Source of the DNA: Epiperipatus broadwayi
Lineage: Eukaryota; Animalia; Onychophora
Length of the DNA: 64,000 bases
Assembly (NCBI GenBank): GCA_028023455.1
Contig: JAQFVV010000006.1
Span: 1,488,001-1,552,000 of the forward strand
Reading direction: 5' to 3'
The translations under genes and the position numbers were made by a program. The notes below the pieces were generated by a model, which did no database searches, was not told the DNA's origin, and was given only the letters and a program-made list of their open reading frames with translations. Positions 39,258 through 52,300 of this stretch are shown piece after piece. The number at the start of each line of letters is the position of its first letter. Within the stretch, counting starts at the first letter, position 1.

Positions 39258-39625
39258 CTCCAGTATATCACATGATCACCATTTCATATGCTTACACATG
39301 CTGTTAATAAGAGTCGCAAACTCTCCATACAAAATAGTTCCACCATTGGAAACATGGTGTTTTCATCTTGGGCTCAAACTTTATAGTTAACCAAATAGGT
39401 AAAAGATGACTGCTTGAGGGTTGCATTAGGTCCTAAGATCTAGGCACGGTGCTCTCAAATTCAAGGCTCCTCACTGATGAAAGCCACCAGCTAGAAACTA
39501 ATCTGGGGTTGTTGGATGAGTAGGCACTAGATAGAGATTTTATGCACAAACCTTCCTGCATCCATTGATTATAAAAGCTTGCACTTGGTGGCACCACTGT
39601 GTGGAGAGTTTGGTACTCTTATTCT
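39258..39625 (+). mobile_element. Family C copy with inverted terminal arm; hammerhead at 39468-39508
   Basis: CTGATGA AAGC-CACCA-GCTA GAAAC TA ATC TGGGG; aataagagt.gcaaactctccatac is inverted at ~39597-39623. Confidence 0.85.
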
Positions 39626-40030
39626 TATATTCAGTATACTTGATAAAGTTAAGTTGTAGTTAAAATTATTATAAGAATTATACCATTAATGGTGTTAAAG
39701 ATTTACATTTTTACTAGATTATTAAAATATATTTCTCATTTATTACAGTCATAGTACATATATACCTATATAACTTTAATTGGAAAAATATACAAAAAAA
39801 CAATATATTCACCCGTAGGATGATTATGTTTCTTATTTATAATTGCTTAGCAATGATCAGAATAAGACCGGTCTTATCTTAAACTAGCCAATCAAAAAAA
39901 TATAAAGATATCATATATTGGGTGACCACAAATAAGTAGAAATTTTAATTACTAAAGGTATATTCAATATTCCAAATTAATTACAGATAAACGATACAAT
40001 TGCACTATATTCTTTTACGAATAGGTAGAT

Positions 40031-40225
40031 GTAAGGTTGTATTAGATCCTAAGATCCAGGTGCAGTGCTCTCAGATCCAAGGCTCCTCACTGATGAAATC
40101 CAGAAGCTAGAAACTGGTCCGGGGAGTATTGGATGAGTAGCCACTAGATAGGGATTTTATGCGCAAACCTTTTTGCATCCATTGTTTGCATTGAGTTGCA
40201 CTATTGTATGGAGAGTTTAGCCTCT
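40031..40225 (+). repeat. Family C copy; hammerhead core at 40090-40119
   Basis: CTGATGA AATC-CAGAA-GCTA GAAAC TG GTC CGGGGA; core complete, stems weakened. Confidence 0.85.
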
Positions 40226-43200
40226 GTATAGTTTTAAATATATATGTTTGCGCATTAATAAATGTATATGTTTATGCATTTAAATATGTTTATGTAGTTT
40301 ATTTTACGTTAATAATTAAACAAAAACATATCTGTACTCTTAATTTTTTTTTTTTACAAAACTGTATTATATATATATATATAAAATAATGTATTATTAC
40401 TTATTGCTCTGAAGATAAGTGTTAAATCGTCAAAATGTAGGAAATGAATAATCAACAGAGTACTTAGCATCTTTTATTATTGGCTCTGTTGTAACAATAT
40501 TAACCTAAGCGTGGTAGTACTCTGAGCATGGCATGATGGTTGACTTTTTTGAATCATGTTTGGTCTTATCTTTCTTGCAGCTCTCAAACAGTTGACCACT
40601 AATTTAGATGGTTTATTGGTTTGTAGGCTCATATTTATGGATTTTTATGCATTCGGATGACTTTTGATTTGATTGGAGTGATCTCAATCTCTATTCAATT
40701 TCAAACTACGGTATGACTTTATAATAGTATGTTTCATTGATAAGGGCTTAACCGTTTTTCACAAAGTTATTGAAACTTTATTCATTTCTAATGGTACTGC
40801 CAATATAATTTACGTGAGCATATCTATACACAAGAGTATTGTAGCATAATGGACCCGCATATCCTTCAAGAATGTCAGTCCAAATGCAGATCTGGGAAAA
40901 TTTGGATATCCCCCCCCCCCAATTTTCAATCAGAAGTAAGATTTTTTTTCAGGTGACTAATTGGTCAGTAATTAGGATCTAGCTATTAACAAAAGAGCAA
41001 AACGAGCTACCACAATTCCTGGTAATTGGACATTTCCTTTGGTCGATTTTGGAAACATTTTTGTTCCGTAATCGTTTAGTTAAATACAGTCTTACTTGTG
41101 TTATTTACACTGATTTACCTCCATTTCAAAAATATTCACTAATTTGCATAAAAGTGTCAAAACCATTCTGATTGTAAGTAAAAAAACGAAATTTTTTAAT
41201 AAATAGTCATTTTGGGATAAAGGTCTGTCCAGCAGCCCTTTGCAGATGAACTGAAGAAGAGTGTATTTAACAGAGTTACCAATTATTGCAAGGGGAAGGG
41301 GATTTGAGTGATTTGTCCACCCTTGCTTTACTCTCTAGTTTAGGATAATTGGATACCATTTACTGATCAATTCTGGGTGGTCACATGTTTTGAGAGAAAA
41401 ATAGTAACTGTTGAAAAGAATTTTCAAACTCCAGATTATGGACATGTCTGTAGAACGATCCTTTACTTCCCTATGAGATTCTTCTAGTTGTAAGTTGAAC
41501 TTCCCTATGAGATTCTTCTAGTTGTAAGTTGAATTTATGTAATTATGGGTTTATATAGATTTATACACTTATAATAGTCTCATGGTATCACTAGTGATGC
41601 TTTTATCTGTCATGTGTAGGATCTGGATTTGAATTGGGGCAAATAAATTTGAATTTTTGTTTTTTTCAGATTATTGATTTATAACCAACCCATTTACTCG
41701 TGTTGGTCAGTAAGTAAGTGTCTATTCTTATTTTCAGAGTAAAATATTCAGAAACCTGTTTAGTGTTGTGTTGTAAAGGATGTCTACAACTCATGCATGC
41801 ACACACCTTGGAGTTGTTCTAAAGTGTAGATATATACTACAAAGAGCCATGTATTATAACCTTGATGGTTACTGTGTTGTAACCTTAATTTTTAATTTTT
41901 GACTCCTTTTAACCAGTAATAAATTATTCTTTTTATAATCATAATATAATAGATCGCTAAAGAATAATTTAAGTAACGTTTCTAAAACTCTCCTGATATT
42001 TAATAAAAGCTATAGCTGATACAGAATTGAGAAAATTACAGCTTTGAGGAATAATTTCTCTTTTAGCAGAAAAGAATCTCTTTTTTCTTCCGAAAATATC
42101 CCTGTAGAATTTATTTTAGAAAGTTTAATTTACAGTCGTAGAAAGTTTTTTTTTTTTAATAAAAAAAAAAAAAACAGTGAAAATAATTTATGAAATAAAA
42201 CTTTAATAGGGAATATATATATTTAATTCTGACAATCTTACAATTATATTATTTGAGGTTCAATATTTATGGAATTTAATTTTAATATATAGCTGCAAAA
42301 TAGTTTTATGTGTTCATTAAAGAATAGTAGAAATGAAGACAATGCTTAGAAATCTAACCAACTTCTAGGTAGTGAGAGTTTTTGGAGTTCATTTTTTGTC
42401 TTATTTTCTAGAAAACAGTAGCTAATTATCCATTTACTGACCAATTTCATGCATACATGTAAATTTATTTTGATTATTGGTGAATGCATTGCTAAATTTA
42501 AATTGATATTTTGTAGAATGTTCTTATAGCAGCACGCTTTCAGCTTTTTTAAACAGCCATTTTCAGCTATAACATTAATGGTAATAAGTACTTATTCATT
42601 GTCATTCATATGTTGACGAGTACCACACATGGTCATTTAATAGTTTATTTTAGTTTTAGCTATCGTAGCTAGATGCCATTTGTGTCCAAGAATTAACAGA
42701 AAAGGGAAATAGCTTTAATCAAAGAAAATATACTTCCACATCTCTGTAAATAACAAAACTTTAATAGTAGTTATTTGCATCAATATTATCAGAAAAATAA
42801 GTAAATTTAAATTTTTCCTGTTGTAAGTTATTAAATATTTATTTTTTGTTATGTTGTAGCGGTAATTCAAGTTTATATCAAGATATACACAAACATATAC
42901 AGGTAATTTTGATCCAAAATAAATATTTATATTAGATGAAAGTTGATTGGTTAATAAAATTGAAAAAAAAAAAATCAATTCTAATATTAGGTGAAAGTTG
43001 ATTGGTTAATAAAATTGAAAAAAAAAAATCAATTTTAAATATATATATATAATAATATTAACTACTTTGATGATGATTTATAACATAAGTACAACCCCTC
43101 CCAAAAGTATTTTATTTGTGTTTCAATTTTAATAAAATAAAAACAAAATGAAACTCAGGCACCAAACCTTCTAAATAGAAAGTTTAACTTTTGGAAAACT

Positions 43201-43420
43201 TACTAACACTTGATCATCATCATTTACAAATTATTACCACCATTCCTGCATATTTCCCTAGTGGATTGCATGATTTTTTAAGGTTGTGGATATTATTAGC
43301 ACATTGGATGTTAGTTAATAGCACGTTTGGATCGAGTTAGATAAGCAAACATAAATTAAATAGATTAGTAAAAATAATTTAGCAATTTATTAATTCGGAA
43401 TATATAACCGATATACAAAA

Positions 43421-43642
43421 TATTTCACGTGATAAGATCTTATCATTATAGATATTATAAGGCCCTAAATTAAAAATATTATATTTAATATTTTATATAA
43501 ATAGTATTCTGGCCAATAGACAGGTACTCTCTGCACCTGTCTATTGGACAGAATACTATTGATACAAAATATTAAATATAACAATATTTTTAATTTAGGG
43601 CCTTATAATATCTATAACGATAAGATCTTACCACGTGAAATA
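43421..43642. repeat. ~220-bp near-perfect palindrome with 9-nt loop
   Basis: tatttcacgtg...atagacaggt / actctctgc / acctgtctat...cacgtgaaata. Confidence 0.9.
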
Positions 43643-44943
43643 ATTAAACAATTCCAAACTGTGACTTCGTGCAGATATTGTTCTTTGAATATATTTTCAG
43701 ATGTCTTCGTTACTTTCTCCAAAGATGGTAGGTATCCTCTTGGTGCACTGGTGTTGTTAGATAGAGAATGCAGCAGCATTGATGACATTAGATAGGATGT
43801 AGTATCAGTGGGTCTCAATGATTCTTATGGCACTGTCTGCTTCTTTCTTCACAGCATTATTAAAGCAGGCAATGGTTGGTTTTAGGAAATTTCAGCATGT
43901 TTCTGGATCTGACTACACTTTTCAGGTGTTTTGACTGATGTGGTTTTTTGTTGTCTATCCACATATATTAAATAGTCTTTTAGTTGCAGTCATCATATTT
44001 GCAGTTCTAACTGGAGTATTAAAAATATTTTAAAACAATCTGCAAGATATGGCTATCCAATTTACAGTGAAAAACAGTTTTAACCAGTGGGTTCTCTCCT
44101 TGGCAATAGATTATTGCAACATTGCTTTTTGAGTTGAATCTTCAAATAGATTAGAGTAAATGGGACCATGTCGACTGGACTTTTTATACCTTATTTGATG
44201 TTCAACAACATGTTTTCCAAATAACCTATTCGTTATCAACTAGTTATAAGATCTTATCTCTGTTTTTTTACATATTTTTGGGAAACATTTTCATTATTCC
44301 CTGTGCAGCATGTTGTGGAAACAGATAATTTTTTTAGTTCTTTTAAAATTATATCATGATTTGGTAAATAAATAAATGAATGAAAGAAAGAAGTGTAGGT
44401 TTTTTCTTTTTCTTTGTTTATATGAGTTAGCAGTAATAAGAAAGAAAAAAATTGTTACCAACTTTTAAAATTTGATGCACCACTATTTTATTTTCAGTAA
44501 CGTAATTTTAAATAGTATTATTAGGTCTGCCATCAAATTTACTTTAGGAATTGACAAATTGTTTATTTAAAATCCATTCAAAAAAATTATTGAGAAAAAG
44601 TATAAAATGCTTTAGATTTTTATAAATTATGCAATTTTAATTTCTTGTACATGCTTTTCCTTAATACCTTTACAAAGCAATTTATCAATTTATTGTTTCT
44701 CATATAATACAAACTAAATATTTAATAACGTGACCAAATGCATAAACTAATTTGTCTCTTAATTTTTTAGGCAGTTTATACAGTTATCACTCAATTTCAG
44801 CAAGTTTTTTATTAAAACATTTTTGTTTTTTTCATGCACCTTTGTAATGCAACTAATTGAACTGCTATTGGATTTGTTTCAGTTACAACTTGTCTGCCCA
44901 GCCCTCGTATATGTATTAAATGGATTATGTCCTGTACATGATG

Positions 44944-45300
44944 GGTCGTATTGACTTTAAGTCAACATGGGTGTTATAAGAATCCCAGCCGCAGGATGGC
45001 CTTTGAGCCTTCCATCATCAGATTTTTAATTGGGTGGCTAGTTGGAATGTGGAGTGGATTGAAGCCTGTCCATTAAAGTATGAAGATTGGCTATCTTAAT
45101 ATATATCTGAGCGCTTATTACATATTGTGTAGAGATGATAATCTAGACCTACTGATGATTGCTGGTTTAGCATGAAATAAGTAGATTGATGATTATTTAT
45201 CTTTTCAACATATATGTGTTCAAGTGTATCAGTGTTATGAGAAAGAGTGGAGAGTGGTGGGTTGTGTGAAAGTCTGTGCTCATATACCTTATATATAACA
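44944..45300 (+). repeat. Family A copy; hammerhead core retained at 45152-45183
   Basis: CTGATGA TTGCTG-GTT-TAGCAT GAAA TAAG TA; stem I not paired. A partial related copy lies at ~19720-19830. Confidence 0.75.
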
Positions 45301-45984
45301 TGTAGAAGGTTTACATATAACTTTTTAAAAGTATATTTTATTTGTATAAGCATATTAATATTTCCGGAAAACTTAACATCATGACGGATAAGAAATTCTG
45401 GTAGTCATCTGAAATCCAGGCACGGCCACCTGATGGCATTCTTTCTGTGCAAAAACACAAATATGCCGTTTACACGGACAAATTTACAGCATATAGAACA
45501 ATTCTGCTCATATTAGCCGTTAGCAGGTGTAGATGGCATTTCACACCAATATTACAGTCCGCTGATGTGCTTCGCAGCACTATGGAAACAGCAAACATTT
45601 AAAAGCTCACTACCATATGATGTGAGGGTGTATGGAATTCAAGTGGACGTAAATGTTTTCATGTGCATTCGAAGTAATGATGTTGCACCATACCTGATGT
45701 ACTATTACATAGTAATAATCGTAAGATCATCATAGTACTTCCCTACAGATTGTAGAATGTGATAAAAATTGGAAAAGTTAGGCCCATCACCATTTCACAT
45801 AAGTAACGTGTTGTATGTTGTTTTGTAAATCATAATGTCAGTTGTATGAGAGTAATACGTGTTTTGATGTACTGTTTGTACTCTCATCCGTTCCGGATCT
45901 GGAAAAACATCAGGTCCCATGAGTGCTGTCTTCCAGCGTTACACACTGAAATGTCTAATGCAATTAAAAAATGTAATGCAAATA

Positions 45985-46200
45985 AATATAATATTTTAAA
46001 ATATTATTTAAAAATAAAAATAGCGTAAAATAAAAAAAATGAATTTTGTTTCGTATCATTTTAAAAATGTAATATTTTAAAATATGATTTAAAAAAAAAT
46101 AGCGTAAAATAAAAGAAATTAATTTTGTTTCGTATCATTTTAAAAATGTAATATTTTAAAATATTATTTTAAGAAAAAATAATTTCGTTTCGTAAATTTT
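45985..46200. repeat. AT-rich tandem repeat, ~80-bp unit x2.5
   Basis: aatattttaaaatat.attt...tagcgtaaaataaaa...ttttgtttcgtatcattttaaaaatgt repeated. Confidence 0.85.
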
Positions 46201-46995
46201 TCAATAAAAAAAATATCGGCCTGGTAACGTTACATTTCATTATTTTTGTACAGAAACAATGCCATCCAGCAGCCATGCCCAGATATCAGACGTTTACCAA
46301 AATTCTTTGCATTGTTAGTATTATCAATATTTTGACATATTTTAAATACAGTAGAAAAATTTTCATAGTATAACTAATAGAGGTTGCTACTGACTTTGGG
46401 TAGTTGGTTGCATTATTCCAGGGAAATACTGTTTCTAACTAGACATTTTGTTTCTTAATAGATTGCATCATGCGAGGAATATTTTTTTCTATCATTTCTT
46501 TCTTGGTGTAGTACTTGGTGTTGTGAGTGAGGCATTAGAATAAGATGTGTAGACACAGGACATCCTACATCATTTGGTTCACTTATGAAAACTTCAGACT
46601 GTTAATCATTAGCTTTGAGCTTTTATTTGAGGGTATTTCGAGGTACTACTGCATTTAACAATGTAACTTACTGAAAATGCAATGAAAAACTACAACACAT
46701 TTAACATGAGTGTTTTGAAAAACTTATTTTCAAAAGTAGAATTCTTGAAGATAATATAAAATGGCAGCCAGAGCCTTAAACTAATTAAAAACACACCTTA
46801 GTAAGAAAATGTTAATTGAAAGTATATTAAAAAGGGATAATAATTTGAATCTATTAGTTGACCAATCTTAGCAGACATATATCAACAAAACATTATGTGA
46901 CATTTTGTGAAGGGAAAGCCATGTAGTATGTTAACATTAACCGGCCTCATGAAAGGGAAAAGGATGTGAGTTAGTATAAAGTTATATATACATAG

Positions 46996-47033
<38 letters not shown>

Positions 47034-49079
47034 ATTATTGGCAAAGCAGCAAATTTTTATAACTATGCAAGCAACTCAGCAAAGGTTCAAAACACATAGA
47101 TTTCGAAATTCAAGCTATTTTACTAATAATATAAAAAAATTAAATAGAGATGTCTGCTAGATGCTTAGATGAATCTATTCTAGCCTTATATTCAAAGTTC
47201 TCATTGGTGAGAAATATAAACCAGAAACCAATCTAGAGATAGTCATATAATAACACTTCAGCCTCTTGTTTGTTGATTATGCAAGTTTACAATAGGTGGC
47301 TCTGGAGTACAATGGAGATAATTGCTTCTAAAAGTATAGGTAAAAATTTAGACTTCTTTCACAAACATTATGACAGTTTTTTTTTTCTTGTAATGAGTGT
47401 TTCAATGTAGTTCATTTTAGTAAGTCGATTGAAGCTTTCAATTATAAATTTTGAAAATAAATATACCGTATTCCATTACTGTGATTGTAAAATGGAAACA
47501 ATTTCTTCTGCAGCATCAGTTTTTGAAAACGTAAACTCCGCAGAAAACGGCCATCACTTAACTATAAAAAATTATCATTGACATCAATAGTCACTGTAAA
47601 TTAATGTAGCCATTCCAACTATGGCAGAAATAAAACTTAAGATAGAAACAAATACACAGAACAAATGTTTTAGGTAAGTAAATGGAGTTGTAAGTGCTGT
47701 GGTTACAGAAAATAGGATTGCACGAACACAAACCCTTGCTTAAAGTCAGATGACTGATTGACACAGCAATCAGAATCTAAAATGCCCCAAAGTAACTGAA
47801 GAGTATAATGTAAAAGAAAATGAAATTGAATAATGATGATTTATTTAGTTATAAATGTTAGTTAATTTATGAGAAAAGTGATAAATTTTATTTCTCTTTT
47901 CAAATCTCTTTTTTTTCTGTTCACTTGAGCTCAGTTTCTTGGAATTAGAAAGAAAAACACATATGGCTTTATTACTCAGGAATTTAAAAAAAGTCCAAAC
48001 ATAGAACTATGACCAACAATCATTCCTGGGATCTTCCGATCCCAAATTGGATGCTCTACCAACTGTGTCAAAATACACGGCAGTTCTTGGAATAAAGGTT
48101 TTGGATTGAAACTCAATTGGTCATGGCTGGTACTCAAATGTCATGACTTTTCAAGCATCCAATTATGTTATATTATTAATGATTGCTCAGTTTCAAACTT
48201 TTTACCCTGTGCTATTTAATGCATTGTTAGACTAACTTGATTCAAGAGTTGAAAGTTTCTGGTTCCACTCAGCCGGAAATTTCTGGAACTCACATGTCAT
48301 GTGACCTCCTTAGCAAACAACCATTCAGTTATTTTATGACCAGGGCAGATTATATGAAATCATTGATTTCTTTGATAAAATTGTCTTTTTTTATTGCGGT
48401 TTTTATGCTTACGGTTTTTGAGCATATTTGCATTGCATCAAAATGGAGTTAGATTATTAAAAGAATTTTTGGGAAATAAATCGTATTTATATAAAAGAAG
48501 ACGATCATATTTTGAACATATGTGATTATTATTAAAGTGTAGGAATTCTGCTCGAAAAACTTTTTATAACGCATTGTCTTTACAATGTCAAATTGCGAGT
48601 GTAAAATTTCTAAATAGAAAATTGAAACGTGTTAAAGGTACAAGTGGTATCGAAGTAAATATCTTAAAGAAGTGAACATCCTATGAGCTGTGCATCGCTT
48701 AGTGACTACCGATGCATTTGGAACAATCATTAATTACTTTGCATTAAGGAAATTATTGATCTAATTGTTATTATAATTGGTAGTTAAAATTTTAATTTAT
48801 GTAAATATAACATTTGTGTGTTCCACTGTTTTGTATTTTTTAAGTGAATTTGATAGAAGAATAAAATGTTCTGTTTTCCTTATATTTTGTGATTTCTTTA
48901 TCTTATAAGAATATCCTTTTTGTCTTTATATGTTATGTTAGCATGTTTTTTTTTCTATTATCATTTTTTATGTTTTATGTAAATTTTGTCATCAGTTATC
49001 ACTTTACATTGTTGATTTTTTTATTTGAACCATGAACAAGATACAATCAGTATAGAAACAGTGACCCAGAATTAAAAAA

Positions 49080-49335
49080 TAAAAACATGTAGTAATTCCC
49101 TATCTAGTATATACTGAGCAGTGATAACAATATCAATATGTGTAAGAGAATATGATCTCGGCCAACTGATGAGCGCTGGCTCAGCGTGAAATGTGCATTG
49201 TGGGTATAATTTCTTTCACAAATTTTTGGTCAAATATTTATGATTACATCCCTCCACAAGGTGTTAAGGGTGGGTAGAAACCAGTCCCTACCTTGCCTGA
49301 AGTAGTATAGTGAAAATTACACTACAGTAAGATTA
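49080..49335 (+). repeat. Family B solo copy; hammerhead at 49162-49203
   Basis: CCAA CUGAUGA GCGCUG-GCU-CAGCGU GAAA UGUGCA UU GUGG. Confidence 0.85.
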
Positions 49336-52300
49336 TTCCTTAAATGGTTTTCCATTCCCTTAATATTTCTTTTCTGGGGTTATTTTATCCATTTGCTTTA
49401 TTTCAATTTTAGGCTGCCATTTAGTTCTAAAATTGCTAGATGTAACGATAATCATTTGCAAAAAGTACTAGTATATAGAAATATTACTTTTGCAACGTTT
49501 TTGGATTTTATTAAAGCAATATGTAATTTGAAAATATTATGGGATAAAATTGCACTGTTCTGTCTTATCAAATTGTGCGGATTAATGGGCAGGGAGACAT
49601 TAATTCACATAATTAATAACGCTTTAATATAATTTATACAACTTTAACGCAAAATTAGAAAATTTATATTACAGATTCTCTACTTTTTCTGCATTTTCAA
49701 TATCCATCGTTCGAAAAAATGTTAGCTAAACAAATAAAGAAAAGTAAAAATAGAAATTTTTAAATTTGAATTTGTAAATTTTGTGGTTGCCTTTTAAATA
49801 AATGTTTTCATGATCTTTATATAAACTATTTCCTCATTTGGTTCGCTTAGTCTGCCATAGTTACTCTTTTCATTGATTGTTAATATCTTTTTCATAGTTT
49901 CTACCATCATTTATTTTTGTTGATGTCTTAATCTATGTAAGGTTTAAATTATTTCATCCATCTGTGTGTATATCCTAGACCTGTTGTAAATACTGCATTT
50001 ATTTTTAAGCCTTTACACGGATAAAGAAAATTATGAATTGTAGCGGACCTTATATAGTTTATAGTTTAAATATATGTAAACATTTCATATATGTTTAATT
50101 AAATATTTCCATGTTCCGTGGATTGTTGCAATAAAGAATAGAATTGAGGAGATTGTATCCATGCAAACAGAGACAACTTTTAGCTTTTGATTTGCCAAAA
50201 AAAAAAAAAAAAAAAAATCAATTACTAGGCTAAACAATTTTTTTTTTTGTTAATCTACAATAGCTACTTCAACAAAAACATTCATAAAAGAGTTATTATA
50301 GATAATAATTGTCATTTAGTAGTAACATCATGAACTATAAGTTATCCCTGTTTTTATGGATATAATCTCATTTCTATTGTTTATTACATTTTACATATGT
50401 ATTGTACCGGTCGAAATTGTATGTTAACTCAACACGATTCACAGCCTGGGTAAAACTACCTCGAATCCAACTGTACGCAAGATCAAAGATAAAGAATACT
50501 TATGGATTTTGCCCTGTTTACCCACTCTCTAAATCTGCAAACTAATTAACAACATTTTTGAGGCAAGCAATTAATCTTTTCTACACTCCGTCCCACTAGT
50601 ATCAACGGTAGAGCTTGGATCTCAACTAATTCGTATGTCTAACTCTAATTATTAACTTTAATTAGACTATCTATTTATTTAAATATAAAATGGTATGTAT
50701 GTGACCTTGAGTCATAAGATAGCAGCACAATAATTAATTAGAAAATATATAATTTTAGAATGAATAAATAGAGTCGAACCACAGGTAGCTTAAATTCACA
50801 TATATATATATATTTAATATAACATTTTATAATTTATCTAATGTCTCTGATTTGATTTCATAAAATTATTTAATGAAAGTTTCTATTCTGTCGTTTATTA
50901 TGCCTCTGGCAAGAGAGCGGTATTGTTTATATGCCAATTTAACAAATGTAAATGATTATCGATTTGTGGGAAACGCCCGCCCAAGTCTGAGATATAGGAA
51001 TGGATATTTTTAAAGAGCTACAATAAACATAATTTTATTCTGATTGATTTTATTTTAAAAGAGAAATTGTTAACTCAAACTATAGGAACCGGTGTTGAAG
51101 AAAGTGACCCATTTAAAATATAAATGGATCACGATATTCGCAAATAAATATTTCAAGATTTAAAATATGTAAATTAATCAGATCGTGGCCAATCCACCAT
51201 AATGTGCTTAGACAAAAGAAAGTGAATAAATCCCAGCATTTGATATTACATTACTAGCATAGACTCAATTCACCTGCCACCGTTCCCGTGACGTCAAGAA
51301 ATAAAGAAAGAATGGTCTGCGCCATTGGCAAACCTAAAATATTTCAGGTGAAAGAATGAGAATCGCCAAGGCTATCTGAACTTAGCTTGCCCTGGTTCTT
51401 CCCATTATAGCTTTCATATCATGACAAGAAAATTGATGGCTAGTGAAATTATCACGTGGTCTAGTTATGATCTAGCAGCCACAAAGAACAAAAGACAAGT
51501 AACTAAGCAAAATACCAGCAAGGCAAAATACGAGTACTGGAGAATATATTTTAGCATTTAATTATATAATTGTGCTGAGCTATAAAGATTACATAAATGC
51601 ATATGGATTGATCAAGATCAGACCAACAAGAATAAAATAAGTATTAATTATTATTACGAATATTTGTAATGAGCGACACATATCTCCCTTCAACACAAAA
51701 TCCCACTAACATTTCAAATGACATTCTATTTCTCTCTTATTATTTAACATGAATATAATTTATAAACCCCTTCCTTTTTACTGTTTAAAAATGAAATAAA
51801 TTAACTGAATAAACTCTAATACTTGAATCTCATGTCTCCCCACAACTAAACCATGTACGTATAAATATAAAAAAAACACATAATAATATAAAATGATTTC
51901 ATCTCGACAAAATAAAGGTTGCTCCAAATATTAATCTTTCAGAGTTAGAGAATTATTCATTTTTATTTACCGACAAACGTTGGTCGGGAAATATGTAGCA
52001 AATATTGATTTAGATAAGCTTTTGTCGAGATGGAACAAAATTGGCATATATTTCATTGTAAGTAATTGATAATAATAATTTCTAAACCGCAATTAGAAGG
52101 AAGTTTAGCATTTAAAATGCATAATCTTAAAACAGATAGAAAGAGAGCAAAAAGGTATTAGATTTTAAGTAATAGCAAGAGTAGTTTACAGACTATTAAA
52201 TTAAATATTTTAAATTACATTTAAATTACGTTATGGGGATTACATTTTAGGAGACATTAAAATTTAGCAGGGTTTACATTATTTGGTCACTGGAGTTTAG

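Noticed and set aside
41465-43030. Short tandem duplications (34 bp at 41465-41533; ~55 bp at ~42928-43036; also ~90 bp at ~22265-22445)
   Set aside because: Ordinary slippage duplications with no further structure.
43650-44260. Minus-strand peptide LSNVINAAAFSI, reminiscent of R2/R4-type LINE N-terminal regions
   Set aside because: One weak motif among stops is insufficient.
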